Translations under genes and position numbers: made by a program
In this document: in pieces, positions 45,011 to 54,993 of the stretch
Numbering within the stretch: the first letter of the stretch is position 1
How the letters are laid out: every line of letters begins with the position of its first letter
Source of the DNA: Kiritimatiellia bacterium
Lineage (GTDB): Bacteria > Verrucomicrobiota > Kiritimatiellia > JAAZAB01
DNA: 64,000 nucleotides
Assembly (NCBI GenBank): GCA_050944835.1
Contig: JBMNRV010000008.1
Location: forward strand, 7,001-71,000
Reading direction: 5' to 3'
The notes under the pieces: model-generated
The model's database searches: none
What the model saw: only the letters and a program-made list of their open reading frames with translations
What the model was told of the DNA's origin: nothing

Positions 45011-46315
45011 ATGCTAAATCAGGAAACCGCAATAAGCACATTAGGCACGCCGATATATCCTTCGCCGCTCTGCCTGGCAGGCGTTCCTGATGAATGCACG
45101 TGCAACTTCGTGCTGGATACCACCCGGGTGCGTTTTCAGGCTGAAATTAATACTGGCAATGACGTTCCAGACTACTTGTTTGAAAAGGCCGGCCCACGCG
45201 CTAAAATATTTTTTGAGCCGCAACGCACACGCGCGGCGATTGTCACTTGTGGCGGGTTGTGTCCAGGCCTGAATAACGTGATCCGTTCGGCGTTTCTGGA
45301 GTTGCATCACAATTACGGCGTGCCGGAGGTGTTTGGTATCCGTTACGGATATCAGGGGCTGAATCCTGAAGTTGCGCTGCCGCCGATCAGGTTGACGACG
45401 GATTTTGTGGAGGATATCCACTTTGATGGCGGCACGGCGCTAGGCTCTTCACGCGGACAACAGCCGGTGGAAAACATGGTGGACTATCTGCAACAGGAAA
45501 AGATAAATATTTTGCTGTGTGTGGGCGGCGATGGCACGCAACGTGGCGCGCATGCCATCGCGCTTGAGGCGCGCCGCCGCAAATTGCCGTTGGCGGTAGT
45601 TGGCGTGCCCAAAACGATAGATAACGATATCTGCTATGTCCGTCAGAGTTTCGGCTATTTCACGGCGATAGAAAAGGCCAGCGAAGTCCTGTCTTGCGCC
45701 CATAACGAGGCCAAAGGCGCGCCGAATGGCATCGGCCTGGTCAAACTGATGGGGCGGGATGCCGGTTTTATTGCCGCTGGCGCCGCATTAGCCAGTCAGG
45801 AAGTTAATTTTGTCATCATTCCCGAAGTGCCCTTCCGCCTGGAAGGCGAGAGAGGGTTCTTAAACGTGCTGCGGCGCCGTATTCTGGATCGCAGGCATGC
45901 CTTGATTGTAGTGGCGGAAGGCGCCGGACAGGATTTGATGTCTGGCGACGCGACTGCCTTTGATGCCTCCGGTAACCGATTACATCAGGATGTAGGAATC
46001 TTTTTGCGCGATCGGATTCTGAAATATTTCCGGGAGCAGAACATCCCGGTCAATCTGAAATATATGGAGCCAGGGTATTTCATCCGCAGTGTGCCGGCAG
46101 ACGCCGAGGATAGTCTGTTGTGCGACCAATTTGCGCGCCGTGCGGTGCATGCTGCCATGGCCGGCAAGACCGACATGCTGGTTGGCCACTGGTCTGGATA
46201 TTTCATCCATGTGCCGATTGCCATGGCGACCGTTAACAAACGCTACCTTAATCCCCGTGGGGGCATGTGGAGCAGCGTAATTGCCGCCACCGGTCAGCCA
46301 CGGCAATGGGAGTGA
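45011..46315 (+). CDS. 6-phosphofructokinase (long, PPi-dependent-type/PFK group III-like)
   Basis: PFK motifs TCGGLCPGLNNVIRS (GGxxPGxN), GGDGTQRGA, PKTIDNDI, MGRDAGFIA. 434 aa. Confidence 0.85.
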   Translation: MLNQETAISTLGTPIYPSPLCLAGVPDECTCNFVLDTTRVRFQAEINTGNDVPDYLFEKAGPRAKIFFEPQRTRAAIVTCGGLCPGLNNVIRSAFLELHHNYGVPEVFGIRYGYQGLNPEVALPPIRLTTDFVEDIHFDGGTALGSSRGQQPVENMVDYLQQEKINILLCVGGDGTQRGAHAIALEARRRKLPLAVVGVPKTIDNDICYVRQSFGYFTAIEKASEVLSCAHNEAKGAPNGIGLVKLMGRDAGFIAAGAALASQEVNFVIIPEVPFRLEGERGFLNVLRRRILDRRHALIVVAEGAGQDLMSGDATAFDASGNRLHQDVGIFLRDRILKYFREQNIPVNLKYMEPGYFIRSVPADAEDSLLCDQFARRAVHAAMAGKTDMLVGHWSGYFIHVPIAMATVNKRYLNPRGGMWSSVIAATGQPRQWE

Positions 46316-46374
46316 TTGCTGGTAAAGTGTTGTCGTCGCATCAGAATATATTTTTCAATTTCTGAAAAACAGCC

Positions 46375-47106
46375 ATGACACATGGGAGTAAACAACACAT
46401 AGTTTGCTCGGGCACACTGACTCGAAGAAAAATGTTGGGCGTGATGATTTTGGCTGGTACGGCTTTAATATTGCCGGGCATATTGTTTTCCCAACCCCCG
46501 TCTGCAAGCTCCACGCAGCATCAAAATACTGAATCGGTATATTCTGTAACCACGGAAACCAAGGACGGAATATTAATTCATGCCACTGCGGAGCCCTACA
46601 AACTATCCTTCAGTGTCAAAGGTCCGATTAAGTGGGGGCAGCCCGTTCCTCTGCTTGTCACTCGCGATGTGATTGCAGAATGGATGAAAGACCCTCAGCG
46701 GGCAATGAGCGTAGCGGATAAATTAATGGTTTTTTCAAAGTCATTTGTCAAACCAAACTTCGTTGAAATTAGAGATATAAGTTTTGATATGGTTAGCTTG
46801 CGCTTTATGTTTCTTGGCGCAGAAGATCCGAAGAGGAGAATTAAGGTAACTGTTACGTTAAAGGATGCAGATAATCGAGCGCTTTACAGCGCATCGAAAG
46901 CATGTTCGGACCAACGCATTTATGCAAAAACTCATAAGGGATGGCTTTCAAGAGTGCAAAATGTGTTGAGTATGGAAAATTACGTAATGATAGAATTTGA
47001 TCCTGCCTTGCTGAAATCAATAAATGGCATAGATGTGATATTTGAAGAGGTCAGACAAACCCAATGCGCTGGGCATCGAGTTTATCCGGGGGAATTTCAG
47101 ATATGA
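46375..47106 (+). CDS. Hypothetical secreted protein (243 aa) encoded in a locally low-GC stretch
   Basis: Signal peptide (MLGVMILAGTALILPGILFSQ; likely true start ~46432). AT-rich codon usage, unlike its neighbours. The 3' end overlaps the convergent uvrD-like gene by ~56 nt. Confidence 0.4.
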   Translation: MTHGSKQHIVCSGTLTRRKMLGVMILAGTALILPGILFSQPPSASSTQHQNTESVYSVTTETKDGILIHATAEPYKLSFSVKGPIKWGQPVPLLVTRDVIAEWMKDPQRAMSVADKLMVFSKSFVKPNFVEIRDISFDMVSLRFMFLGAEDPKRRIKVTVTLKDADNRALYSASKACSDQRIYAKTHKGWLSRVQNVLSMENYVMIEFDPALLKSINGIDVIFEEVRQTQCAGHRVYPGEFQI

Positions 47107-48991
47107 ACCGCGAAGGCATGAAGAAGTTTACACTACCGTCGAAGCCCCTACGCGTTTCCGGTACACACAATGTCAGGTTGTCCTTCGCGCGTGTGACGGC
47201 TACATAAAACAGGCGGCGCTCTTCCTCCTCACCTTCAAAATCTTCCATTGAGCGGGCCGAAGGAAACATGCCATCGGCGGCCCAGATGATGAAGACAGTT
47301 TCCCATTCCAAACCCTTGGCTTGATGCACCGTGCTCAAACGCAGACAATCGCGATCATGATTGCGAGCGATGTCGTTTTCGGCATCCACGTTGGTCACCA
47401 GCGCCACTTCATTTAAGAAATCAGCGGTGGATTCAAATTCGGCGGTGAAGAGAATCATCTCGCATATATCTTCAATGCGACGCTTGGAATCTTCGTAAGT
47501 GTCCAAGGCATATTTTTCGTAAAACGCCTTGATGAATAACGCGATTGCCTCACCTGGATCGTCGGCAAGTTGTTCGTCGAAATATTTTTCCACTATCGGT
47601 TGCACGGCCAGCCAAAGTGGCTGGGCAGAGGCTGGCAAGGATTTGAGCAGTGTAGCGCGGGCCTCCGGCGCATTGGCTTCAAAGCGGTTGCCGAGTTTGA
47701 GCCACAAACGCTCACAGGTTTTGGGCCCGACGCCGGGTAACATGCTAAACAGACGTTTGAAGGCCAGAATATCTTCGGGGTTGTGCAGTACCCGCAGGAA
47801 GGCGCAGACGTCTTTGATGTGCGCTTGTTCAAAAAAACGCACACCGGAAGTTACTATGTATGGAATATGTTCGCGCGCCAGCGCCATCTGTAGTTCCATG
47901 GCGTGGTGGTGGGCGCGGTAGAGCACTGCCATACTGCGCCAGGCTGCGCCGGCGCGGTGGCGTTGGTGCAATTGGTCAATAATGTAGCGAGCCTGATGAT
48001 CGCCATCGCGCAACCGTGCCAGTACCGGCTTGCGATGCGTCGGACGGATCGGCCGCAACACCTTGCTGAATTGGCGTGGATTGCCGGCGATACAGCAGTT
48101 GGCAACCTCCAGAATTTCCGGGACGCTGCGATAATTGGTTTCCAGTTTATACATCCTGGCATCAGGGTAGCGTTTTGGAAACGACATGATGTTGCGGTAA
48201 TCGGCCCCGCGCCAGGCATAGATGCTCTGGAAGTCGTCGCCTACTACCAGCAGGTTGCGGTGTTTGGAGGCCAATAGGTCCACCAGATCGGCCTGAATGG
48301 AGTTAGTGTCCTGATATTCATCCACCATGATATAAAGGAAATGCTCGCGGTAATACTCCAAGACTGACTCCTGTTCATGGAAGAGCTGGAGCGCGTTGAG
48401 TAGCAAATCGTCGAAGTCCATCAGATTTTGTTCAGCCTTCTTGGATATATAACGCTGGTAAACCCGCATAACGTCGGCTTCGTCCACCGGGTAGTATTCA
48501 AAACGTGCCCGGACGACTTCCTCAATTTCCAGCCGCCGGTTGTTAGCTGTGCTGAAAAGCGCCAGCAACACTTCCGGCTTAGGAAACTCGCGGCTTTTTA
48601 ATTTCAATTCAGTCAGACATTCACGCATGAGTGTCCGGCTGTCATCGGCGTCCAGGATGGTAAAGTCATTGCTGTAGCCGATCAGATGGGCGGTACGGCG
48701 CAGGATGCGGTTAGCCATATGATGGAAAGTGCCGCCCCACATGCCGCCGACACCTTGATTGACCAGCGCTTCAGCACGGGTTAGCATTTCCTTGGCGGCG
48801 CGATTTGTGAAAGTCAGTAGCAGCAGGCGGCGCGGGTCAACGCCACGGCTGAGCAAGTAGGCCACCCGATAGACCAGGGTGCGGGTTTTACCGGTGCCGG
48901 CGGCGGCAAGGACGAATAACGGGCCATCCGGCGCTGTCACCGCGGCCAATTGCTCCGGGTTTAATTCACGCTTGAAATCAATTTGGACCAT
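47051..48991 (-). CDS. UvrD/PcrA/Rep-family ATP-dependent DNA helicase
   Basis: Walker A AAGTGKTRT, Q-motif region, DEYQDTN (motif II), and the characteristic 1A/1B/2A/2B layout (...VGDDFQSIYAWRGAD..., ...QAKGLEWETVFI..., ...FYVAVTRAKDNL). Confidence 0.85.
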   Translation of the reverse strand: MVQIDFKRELNPEQLAAVTAPDGPLFVLAAAGTGKTRTLVYRVAYLLSRGVDPRRLLLLTFTNRAAKEMLTRAEALVNQGVGGMWGGTFHHMANRILRRTAHLIGYSNDFTILDADDSRTLMRECLTELKLKSREFPKPEVLLALFSTANNRRLEIEEVVRARFEYYPVDEADVMRVYQRYISKKAEQNLMDFDDLLLNALQLFHEQESVLEYYREHFLYIMVDEYQDTNSIQADLVDLLASKHRNLLVVGDDFQSIYAWRGADYRNIMSFPKRYPDARMYKLETNYRSVPEILEVANCCIAGNPRQFSKVLRPIRPTHRKPVLARLRDGDHQARYIIDQLHQRHRAGAAWRSMAVLYRAHHHAMELQMALAREHIPYIVTSGVRFFEQAHIKDVCAFLRVLHNPEDILAFKRLFSMLPGVGPKTCERLWLKLGNRFEANAPEARATLLKSLPASAQPLWLAVQPIVEKYFDEQLADDPGEAIALFIKAFYEKYALDTYEDSKRRIEDICEMILFTAEFESTADFLNEVALVTNVDAENDIARNHDRDCLRLSTVHQAKGLEWETVFIIWAADGMFPSARSMEDFEGEEEERRLFYVAVTRAKDNLTLCVPETRRGFDGSVNFFMPSRFISEIPPDKLDAQRIGFV

Positions 48992-49841
48992 GATCCACCG
49001 TCACAGCTATCATGGTCAGATTTATCCTGTCCGCTGCCCGAATAACCTGCTCGCGTTCCAATAAAATCGTGCGACCGGCCTCTACGGCCAACGCGGACGC
49101 GCCGGCTCGCTTAAGGACGGCTATGGTCTTTGTTCCAATAATCGGAATATCAAAACGCATGTCATGTCCCTGTTTAGCGACTTTCACCGCCACCATGCCC
49201 GGTCCGCCAAGTTTACCGGCGCGCAGCAATGCGGCATCGGTGCCCTCAAATCCTTCAACCGCTAATATGACGCCGTCCTTGACGGCCACAGTCTGGCCAA
49301 TGTCAAGTCCGCTGATGGCTTTTGCAGTGCGCAAACCCAATTCGATGTCGCTTCGCTCGCGCTCGGTTGGCTCGCGTGTGCTTAAGCGGCCTGGCGTCGG
49401 CATGGCATTCTCCATGAAGCGCCAAGCCGGCAATAAGGTCACACCGATGTTTTGCAGCTCTGCACAGACGGCGCCGAAAATCGTATGGGCATTGCGTGCC
49501 CGCAGACCGGAGAGAATCTGCAGCGAACGGCGGTCCGGGCGCAACCGGAAAAGACTGGTTGGAGTAATTTGCCCGGCCATCACTGCCTGTTTGATGTCGG
49601 CGTTGCGTAAGGTTTCCAGCATGATTTCCAGTTGCCCGAATTTCAGCCAGTGGACTTCATCTGCCAGACGGTTAATCGCCGGGTTGGTTTCTCTCCGGAA
49701 GGCTACGGCCATCAGATGGCGGACACCTTGACGTTTAGCCGATTCCGCCAGCAGCAATGGGTAGGCGCCGCGACCGGCAATCAGACCCAACCGGTCGGGC
49801 AGGGGAATGTCGGGGTTGAGTTTGCTGAACGGTATAGACAT
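48978..49841 (-). CDS. lpxI: LpxI-family (DUF1009) UDP-2,3-diacylglucosamine hydrolase-like protein
   Basis: 287 aa. N-terminal LGLIAGRGAYPLL...GVRHLMAVAF... followed by ...VMAGQITP..., matching the LpxI two-domain pattern (LGLIAGxGxLP / AGxVxRP) as recalled from Caulobacter LpxI. Confidence 0.5.
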   Translation of the reverse strand: MSIPFSKLNPDIPLPDRLGLIAGRGAYPLLLAESAKRQGVRHLMAVAFRRETNPAINRLADEVHWLKFGQLEIMLETLRNADIKQAVMAGQITPTSLFRLRPDRRSLQILSGLRARNAHTIFGAVCAELQNIGVTLLPAWRFMENAMPTPGRLSTREPTERERSDIELGLRTAKAISGLDIGQTVAVKDGVILAVEGFEGTDAALLRAGKLGGPGMVAVKVAKQGHDMRFDIPIIGTKTIAVLKRAGASALAVEAGRTILLEREQVIRAADRINLTMIAVTVDHGPN

Positions 49842-49887
49842 AGTGCAGAGAGTTTAACCTTATTCCTCTGCCGCTATGGAATGTAGC

Positions 49888-51312
49888 TCAGATATCGTAA
49901 TAGAGAGCGAATTCCCAAGGGTGGGGGCGCAAATCCAACGCGGCAACCTCATTTTTCATTTTGTAATTGATCCAGGCGTTTATCACGTCCGGCGTAAACA
50001 CGTCGCCCTTCAGCAGGTAATCATGGTCGGCATTCAGCGCCATCAGCGCTTCGCGCAGTGAGCCGGGCGTCTGAGGAACTTGGGCGGCTTCCGCTGGCGG
50101 CAAATCGTAGAGGTCTTTATCCAGCGGCGGGCCGGGATCAATTTTATTCAGAATGCCATCTAAAGCCGCCATCAGGATTGCCGACATGGCCAGATAGGGA
50201 TTGCAACTGGGATCAGGGCAGCGGAATTCGATGCGCTTGTCCTTGTCCGATGGTGAATACATCGGCAGGCGCACGGCTGCGCTGCGGTTGCGGCGCGAAT
50301 AGGCCAGATTGATCGGCGCCTCGTATCCCGGCGCCAATCGTTTGTAACTGTTAGTGGTCGGGCTGACAAAAGCCAGAAGCGACGGCGCATGCTTCAGAAT
50401 GCCGCCGATGGCGAACATAGCCATTTCCGACATGCCGGCGTAACCATCGCCGGCAAACAGGTTGCGCCCATTTTTCCAGAGTGACAGATGCACATGCATA
50501 CCGCTACCGTTGTCATTGAAGAGCGGTTTAGGCATGAAGGTCGCTGTTTTATTGTGGGCCAGGGCGACATTTTTAATTACATACTTATATTTCAGCATGT
50601 TATCGGCAATATGCACCAAGGTGTTGTAACGCATGTCAATTTCGCATTGGCCACCGGTGGCGACTTCATGGTGATGGGCTTCAACCGGTACGCCGATGCG
50701 CTCCAACGTCAGCATCATTTCGTTGCGGATGTCCTGAAGTGTGTCGCTCGGCGGCACAGGGAAATAGCCTTCCTTGTAGCGTGTCTTGTAACCCAGATTG
50801 GGATTTTCCACACGTCCGCTGTTCCATTGTCCCTCCACGGAATCCAAGTGGTAATAGCCTTCGTGAGAATTCTGATCGAACCGGACATCGTCAAAAATGA
50901 AAAATTCCGCCTCCGGACCGAAGTACCCCGTATCGGCCAGGCCGGTCCGCTGCAAGTACGCTTCCGCTTTACGGGCGATATTGCGCGGGTCCCGGGTGTA
51001 GTCTTCACCGGTGATGGGATCGCAGATGTTGCATATCATCACCAGTGTTTTGGCCTTGAAGAATGGGTCAATAAATGCCGTCTCGGATTGCGGCTTGACC
51101 AGCATATCGGATTCATTAATGGTCTGCCAGCCGCGGATGCTGGAGCCGTCAAAGCCCAGCCCGCGCTCAAAAACTTCTTCCTTCAATGCTGATGCCGGCA
51201 CGGAAAAATGCTGCCACAGACCGGGGAAATCCATGAAGCGGAAATCCACTACTTCGATCTGTTCGCGTTTAATAAAGTTGATTACATCCACGGGGGTTTT
51301 AATATTGTCCAT
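49888..51312 (-). CDS. glnA: Glutamine synthetase type I
   Basis: 474 aa. GS beta-grasp N-domain ([17 protein letters not shown]), ATP-binding [18 protein letters not shown], Glu/Mn sites ([13 protein letters not shown]), NPY adenylylation-loop-like region. Confidence 0.9.
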   Translation of the reverse strand: MDNIKTPVDVINFIKREQIEVVDFRFMDFPGLWQHFSVPASALKEEVFERGLGFDGSSIRGWQTINESDMLVKPQSETAFIDPFFKAKTLVMICNICDPITGEDYTRDPRNIARKAEAYLQRTGLADTGYFGPEAEFFIFDDVRFDQNSHEGYYHLDSVEGQWNSGRVENPNLGYKTRYKEGYFPVPPSDTLQDIRNEMMLTLERIGVPVEAHHHEVATGGQCEIDMRYNTLVHIADNMLKYKYVIKNVALAHNKTATFMPKPLFNDNGSGMHVHLSLWKNGRNLFAGDGYAGMSEMAMFAIGGILKHAPSLLAFVSPTTNSYKRLAPGYEAPINLAYSRRNRSAAVRLPMYSPSDKDKRIEFRCPDPSCNPYLAMSAILMAALDGILNKIDPGPPLDKDLYDLPPAEAAQVPQTPGSLREALMALNADHDYLLKGDVFTPDVINAWINYKMKNEVAALDLRPHPWEFALYYDI

Positions 51313-51363
51313 TGCAGCTCCTTCCTGCCAGCATTCCCTGATATACCGAACATTGTCCGGACA

Positions 51364-52623
51364 TTATTGGCGTGTCAGGCGGGCAAATCCCCGTTTGCCC
51401 ACCTGTAAAATACAGCCCGGCGCAACTTCCACATCGGCGCTCGGATCAGTTATCTTCTGATTGCCCAGGCGGACGGCGCCCTGTTGTACCAGGCGCCGGG
51501 CAGCGGCGTTGCTGTCCGCCAAGCCGGCGGCTACGATGAGGGCGGCTATCCAGATACGGTTATTCTTGAATTGATCGCTTGGCAATGTTACTTCGGGAAT
51601 ATCTTTTGGCAATTGATGCTCGGTAAAAATGCGTTTGAATTCATCGGCGGCTGCGGCTGCGGCTGCCGCGCCGTGAAACTTGCCGACTACAGCTTGCGCG
51701 AGCTCGTCCTTGATGTTGCGGGGATGCAATTTCCCCGCATCCAGTGCGCGGCGTTTAGCAGCGATTTCATCGGCTGGACGACAAAGCGCCAGCTCGAAAT
51801 AACGCCACATCAATTCGTCCGGAATGGACATTAATTTGCCGTACATTTCGCCGGGTGGCTCGGTCACTCCGACATAATTACCCAGACTTTTGCTCATTTT
51901 GCGGTTGCCGTCCAAGCCTTCCAGCAATGGCAGTGTCAGAACAACCTGCGGTTCTTTGCCGAATGCCTTTTGCAGATCGCGTCCGACTAACAGGTTGAAC
52001 AGCTGGTCGGTGCCGCCGATTTCAATATCGGCGTCAACCATCACCGAGTCGTATCCCTGCGTCATTGGGTATAGGAGCTCCACCATTGACACTGGGGTGT
52101 TGGCCTGCATCCTTTTTTGAAAATCCTCACGCGCCAGCATACGGGCGACGGTCATTTTGGCGGTCAGGCGCAAAATATCGTCGAATTTCAGCGGTGAGCA
52201 CCATTCCGAGTTAAACCGGACTTCCGTGCGGTGTGGGTCCAGGATTTTAAATACCTGTTCCTGATAGGTGCGGGCGTTGGCCAGAACCTGTTCGCGTGTC
52301 AGGGGCGGGCGGGTTTCGGAGCGTCCGGACGGGTCGCCGATCATGCCGGTGAAGTCGCCGATGATAAAGACCACCAGATGCCCCAAATCCTGAAATTCGC
52401 GAAGCTTGTTAAGCGGTACGACATGGCCTAAGTGAATATCCGGCGCGGATGGGTCGGCGCCGTACTTAACGCGCAAGGGCCGTCCGGCGGCTTTGGCCTG
52501 CTCAAGTTTGCGGCGCAACTCATCACGGGAGACCAAGTCCACCGTCCGGGCTGTGATAACATCCAGTTGTTTGTCTATTTCCATGAAACAGCGCGCATGG
52601 ATAATGCCATCAAACATGCGCAA
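51364..52623 (-). CDS. tyrS: Tyrosyl-tRNA synthetase (with C-terminal S4-like domain)
   Basis: Class I HIGH motif as HLGH (APDIHLGHVVPL), KMSKS motif (KMSKSLGN), C-terminal S4-like (LVQQGAVRLGNQKITDP). Confidence 0.9.
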   Translation of the reverse strand: MRMFDGIIHARCFMEIDKQLDVITARTVDLVSRDELRRKLEQAKAAGRPLRVKYGADPSAPDIHLGHVVPLNKLREFQDLGHLVVFIIGDFTGMIGDPSGRSETRPPLTREQVLANARTYQEQVFKILDPHRTEVRFNSEWCSPLKFDDILRLTAKMTVARMLAREDFQKRMQANTPVSMVELLYPMTQGYDSVMVDADIEIGGTDQLFNLLVGRDLQKAFGKEPQVVLTLPLLEGLDGNRKMSKSLGNYVGVTEPPGEMYGKLMSIPDELMWRYFELALCRPADEIAAKRRALDAGKLHPRNIKDELAQAVVGKFHGAAAAAAAADEFKRIFTEHQLPKDIPEVTLPSDQFKNNRIWIAALIVAAGLADSNAAARRLVQQGAVRLGNQKITDPSADVEVAPGCILQVGKRGFARLTRQ

Positions 52624-52673
52624 AAATCAGCCAGTAATGAGCCGACGGTTCGATGACACATTCCATGTTGATA

Positions 52674-54524
52674 TTACTGCTTGTCTGCGTCTTCATCCGC
52701 AGGCTCGTTGTCTGTGTCTTCCTTCGCCGGCTTGGATGTGTCGTCCTGTTCGGAGGTATTCTTTCCTTCGCCCGGCCGCCATTCTTCGCCGGGAGCCAGT
52801 CCAAAGGCTTCGTTGAAGGCGCCGGCCAGGTCCACCAGGTCTTCCCCAGGGCGCAGGCCTGTCAGCATTTCGTCTTGCACCACGAAGTCTTCGTCCGGCA
52901 GAGAGGCAGCTTTGATGCTCAAGCCAAGGCGGCGTTCCGCCTGATCAATTTTTACGACGCGCGCAGTGATTTCCTGGCCGATCTTCAGGACATCGCGGAC
53001 TTTTTCCACGTGCTCTTCGCCGATTTGCGAGATGTGGACTAACCCGTCAATGCCCTCTTCCAGCCCGATGAAGGCGCCGAAAGACGCCAGTTTGGTGACT
53101 TTGCCGGTGACCACTTGGCCAATGGTGTATTTTGTGGCGATGGACGCCCAAGGGTCTTCCTGAGCTTGTTTCAAACCAAGACTGATGCGTTGGTTTTCGG
53201 GTGAGACTTCAAGAATCACCACATCCACCTTGTCGCCCTTCTTGAGCACGTCGGAAGGATGGTTGACCTTGCGCGTCCAGGACATATCGGAAACGTGAAT
53301 CATGCCGTCAATGCCCTCTTCCAATTCCACGAATGCGCCGTAGGACGTGAAGTTGCGCACTGTGCCGGAAACGCGTGTGCCGACAGGGTAGCGGTCGCGC
53401 ACCAGTTCCCAGGGGTTCTGGGTGGTTTGACGGATGCCCAAAGAGATTTTCTGATCCGTAGCGTTGATGTTCAGCACCACCGCCTCCACTTCCTGCCCGA
53501 GGCTGAGCGCGTCCGAAGCGCGGTTGACACGCTGGACCCAGGAGATTTCGGACACATGCACCAACCCTTCGACACCTGCTTCGATTTCAATAAAGGCGCC
53601 GTAAGGCACGAGATTGACAACCTTGCCCTGTACGCGGGAGCCGACGGAGTATTTCTCTTCAATGTTATCCCAAGGATTCGCAAATTTCTGTTTCAATCCC
53701 AAGGAGACCCGCTCTTTGTCAAAATCAATATCCAGAATCATCACTTCAATGTTATCGCCGACCTTCACCACTTTGGAGGGGTGGCTGACGCGTCCCCAAC
53801 TCATGTCGGTAATGTGCAGCAGGCCGTCTAACCCGCCCAAATCAATGAACGCGCCGAAATCAGTGATGTTCTTGACAACGCCCGAACGCAATTGCCCGAT
53901 TTTGATCTCGGACATCAGTTGGCGTTTTTTCTCGCGGCGGCGCTGCTCGATCAGTTCCCGGCGCGACAGGACGATATTGCGCCGATCCCGGTCAATTTTC
54001 ATGACCTTGAATTCAAAGCGCTTACCCATGTAATCATCCATGTTGCGCACAGGCATGACATCAATTTGTGATCCAGGCAGGAATCCTTTCACACCGCCGA
54101 TGTCAACAATCATGCCGCCCTTAATCCGGCTTTTGACTTCGCCTTCCAACACGCTGCCTTCACTGCTGGAGGAGAGGACGTTATCCCACATGCGTTGCTG
54201 TTCGGCTTTGGTCTTGCTGAGCACTACCTTGCCGTCTTCGTCTTCCAATTGCTCCAGCAACACTTCCACTTCGTCGCCCGGTTTGACTTCGGGCATATCC
54301 TGGAATTCTTCGCGGCTGATGGCGCCTTCAGATTTGTAGCCGATATCAACCAACACCTCATTGGAACGGACTTCCACCACACGGCCGGGGACAATGGCGC
54401 CAGTGGTAAAGTTCTTCAGGGTGTCTTCGTAAAGCTTAGCCAGAGCTTCATGTTTGTCGCTGCTGAATTGATCGAGATCGAGAGTAATGCGGGTTTTTGT
54501 GTTGGTTGCGGTTGCCGATTCCAT
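52674..54524 (-). CDS. rpsA: 30S ribosomal protein S1 (six S1 domains) with acidic/Lys-rich C-terminal extension
   Basis: 616 aa. Repeated S1 OB-fold units (GxVxGxVxxIxxFGAFVxL...GLxHISE), and typical N-terminus MESATATNTKT...FSSDKHEALAKLYEDTLK. Confidence 0.9.
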   Translation of the reverse strand: MESATATNTKTRITLDLDQFSSDKHEALAKLYEDTLKNFTTGAIVPGRVVEVRSNEVLVDIGYKSEGAISREEFQDMPEVKPGDEVEVLLEQLEDEDGKVVLSKTKAEQQRMWDNVLSSSSEGSVLEGEVKSRIKGGMIVDIGGVKGFLPGSQIDVMPVRNMDDYMGKRFEFKVMKIDRDRRNIVLSRRELIEQRRREKKRQLMSEIKIGQLRSGVVKNITDFGAFIDLGGLDGLLHITDMSWGRVSHPSKVVKVGDNIEVMILDIDFDKERVSLGLKQKFANPWDNIEEKYSVGSRVQGKVVNLVPYGAFIEIEAGVEGLVHVSEISWVQRVNRASDALSLGQEVEAVVLNINATDQKISLGIRQTTQNPWELVRDRYPVGTRVSGTVRNFTSYGAFVELEEGIDGMIHVSDMSWTRKVNHPSDVLKKGDKVDVVILEVSPENQRISLGLKQAQEDPWASIATKYTIGQVVTGKVTKLASFGAFIGLEEGIDGLVHISQIGEEHVEKVRDVLKIGQEITARVVKIDQAERRLGLSIKAASLPDEDFVVQDEMLTGLRPGEDLVDLAGAFNEAFGLAPGEEWRPGEGKNTSEQDDTSKPAKEDTDNEPADEDADKQ

Positions 54525-54752
54525 GTTTACTTACTTTTGTTTGGTTCGCGGGCTTGGTTAATAATTTAAATTCATAGACGGAAACAGCCCAATAATTTCC
54601 GGCTAAATCACGTACAGTGGCATTTTTAGGTATAAATGGCAAGCATAAAAACATTCTGGTTTTCCCAAAAAAATCCGGTTATTACTCAAAGACCAGCCCA
54701 AGTAGGTTTGATCGGGGGCTGACGGAGCCCCAACGGGGTGTTACATACCCTG

Positions 54753-54844
54753 CCAGTGCGGCTCGCACCGCCAGTGCGGCTCGCACCGCCAGTGCGGCCC
54801 CGCACCGCCAGTGCGGCCCCGCACCGCCAGTGCGGCCCGCACCC
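54753..54844. repeat. Tandem array of 5 copies of an 18-19 nt unit CCAGTGCGG(C/CC)(T/C)CGCACCG, each able to form a GC hairpin (GTGCGG..CCGCAC); followed by a 9-nt microrepeat (T)GTCCCTxC x4 at 54846..54879
   Basis: Directly visible. Located in the divergent region between rpsA (start 54524, minus) and the LarA-like gene (start 54994, plus). Confidence 0.85.
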
Positions 54845-54934
54845 TGCCGTCCCTTCTGTCCCTGCTGTCCCTTCCGTCCAAATCATACTTGACAAGCAAT
54901 CACAGGTGTGCAACATTCTGTTATACCGGGTGGC

Positions 54935-54987
54935 ATGGAAGATGCCGCATTACGTCTGATGTATAATCCTAAATTCCGGAAAGGAGC
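54935..54987 (+). promoter_or_regulatory. Putative promoter (-10 TATAAT at 54962..54967, preceded by TG) and strong RBS AAGGAG (54981..54986) for the LarA-like gene
   Basis: tgTATAAT is 27 nt upstream of the ATG at 54994. SD AGGAG lies 7 nt upstream of the ATG. No convincing -35. Confidence 0.35.
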
Positions 54988-54993
54988 GAAATT

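Noticed and set aside
54753-54844. Possible CRISPR array (direct repeats)
   Set aside because: Repeats are only 18-19 nt, directly abutting with no spacers, and no cas genes are nearby. It is a simple tandem repeat.
54617-54959. ORFs (91 aa and 73 aa) reading through the tandem hairpin repeat array, giving SAARTASAARTASAAP-type translations
   Set aside because: The periodic amino-acid pattern is a by-product of the nucleotide repeat. The region is the divergent intergenic space between rpsA and the LarA-like gene, and the LarA-like gene has its own TATAAT/AGGAG signals downstream of these ORFs.
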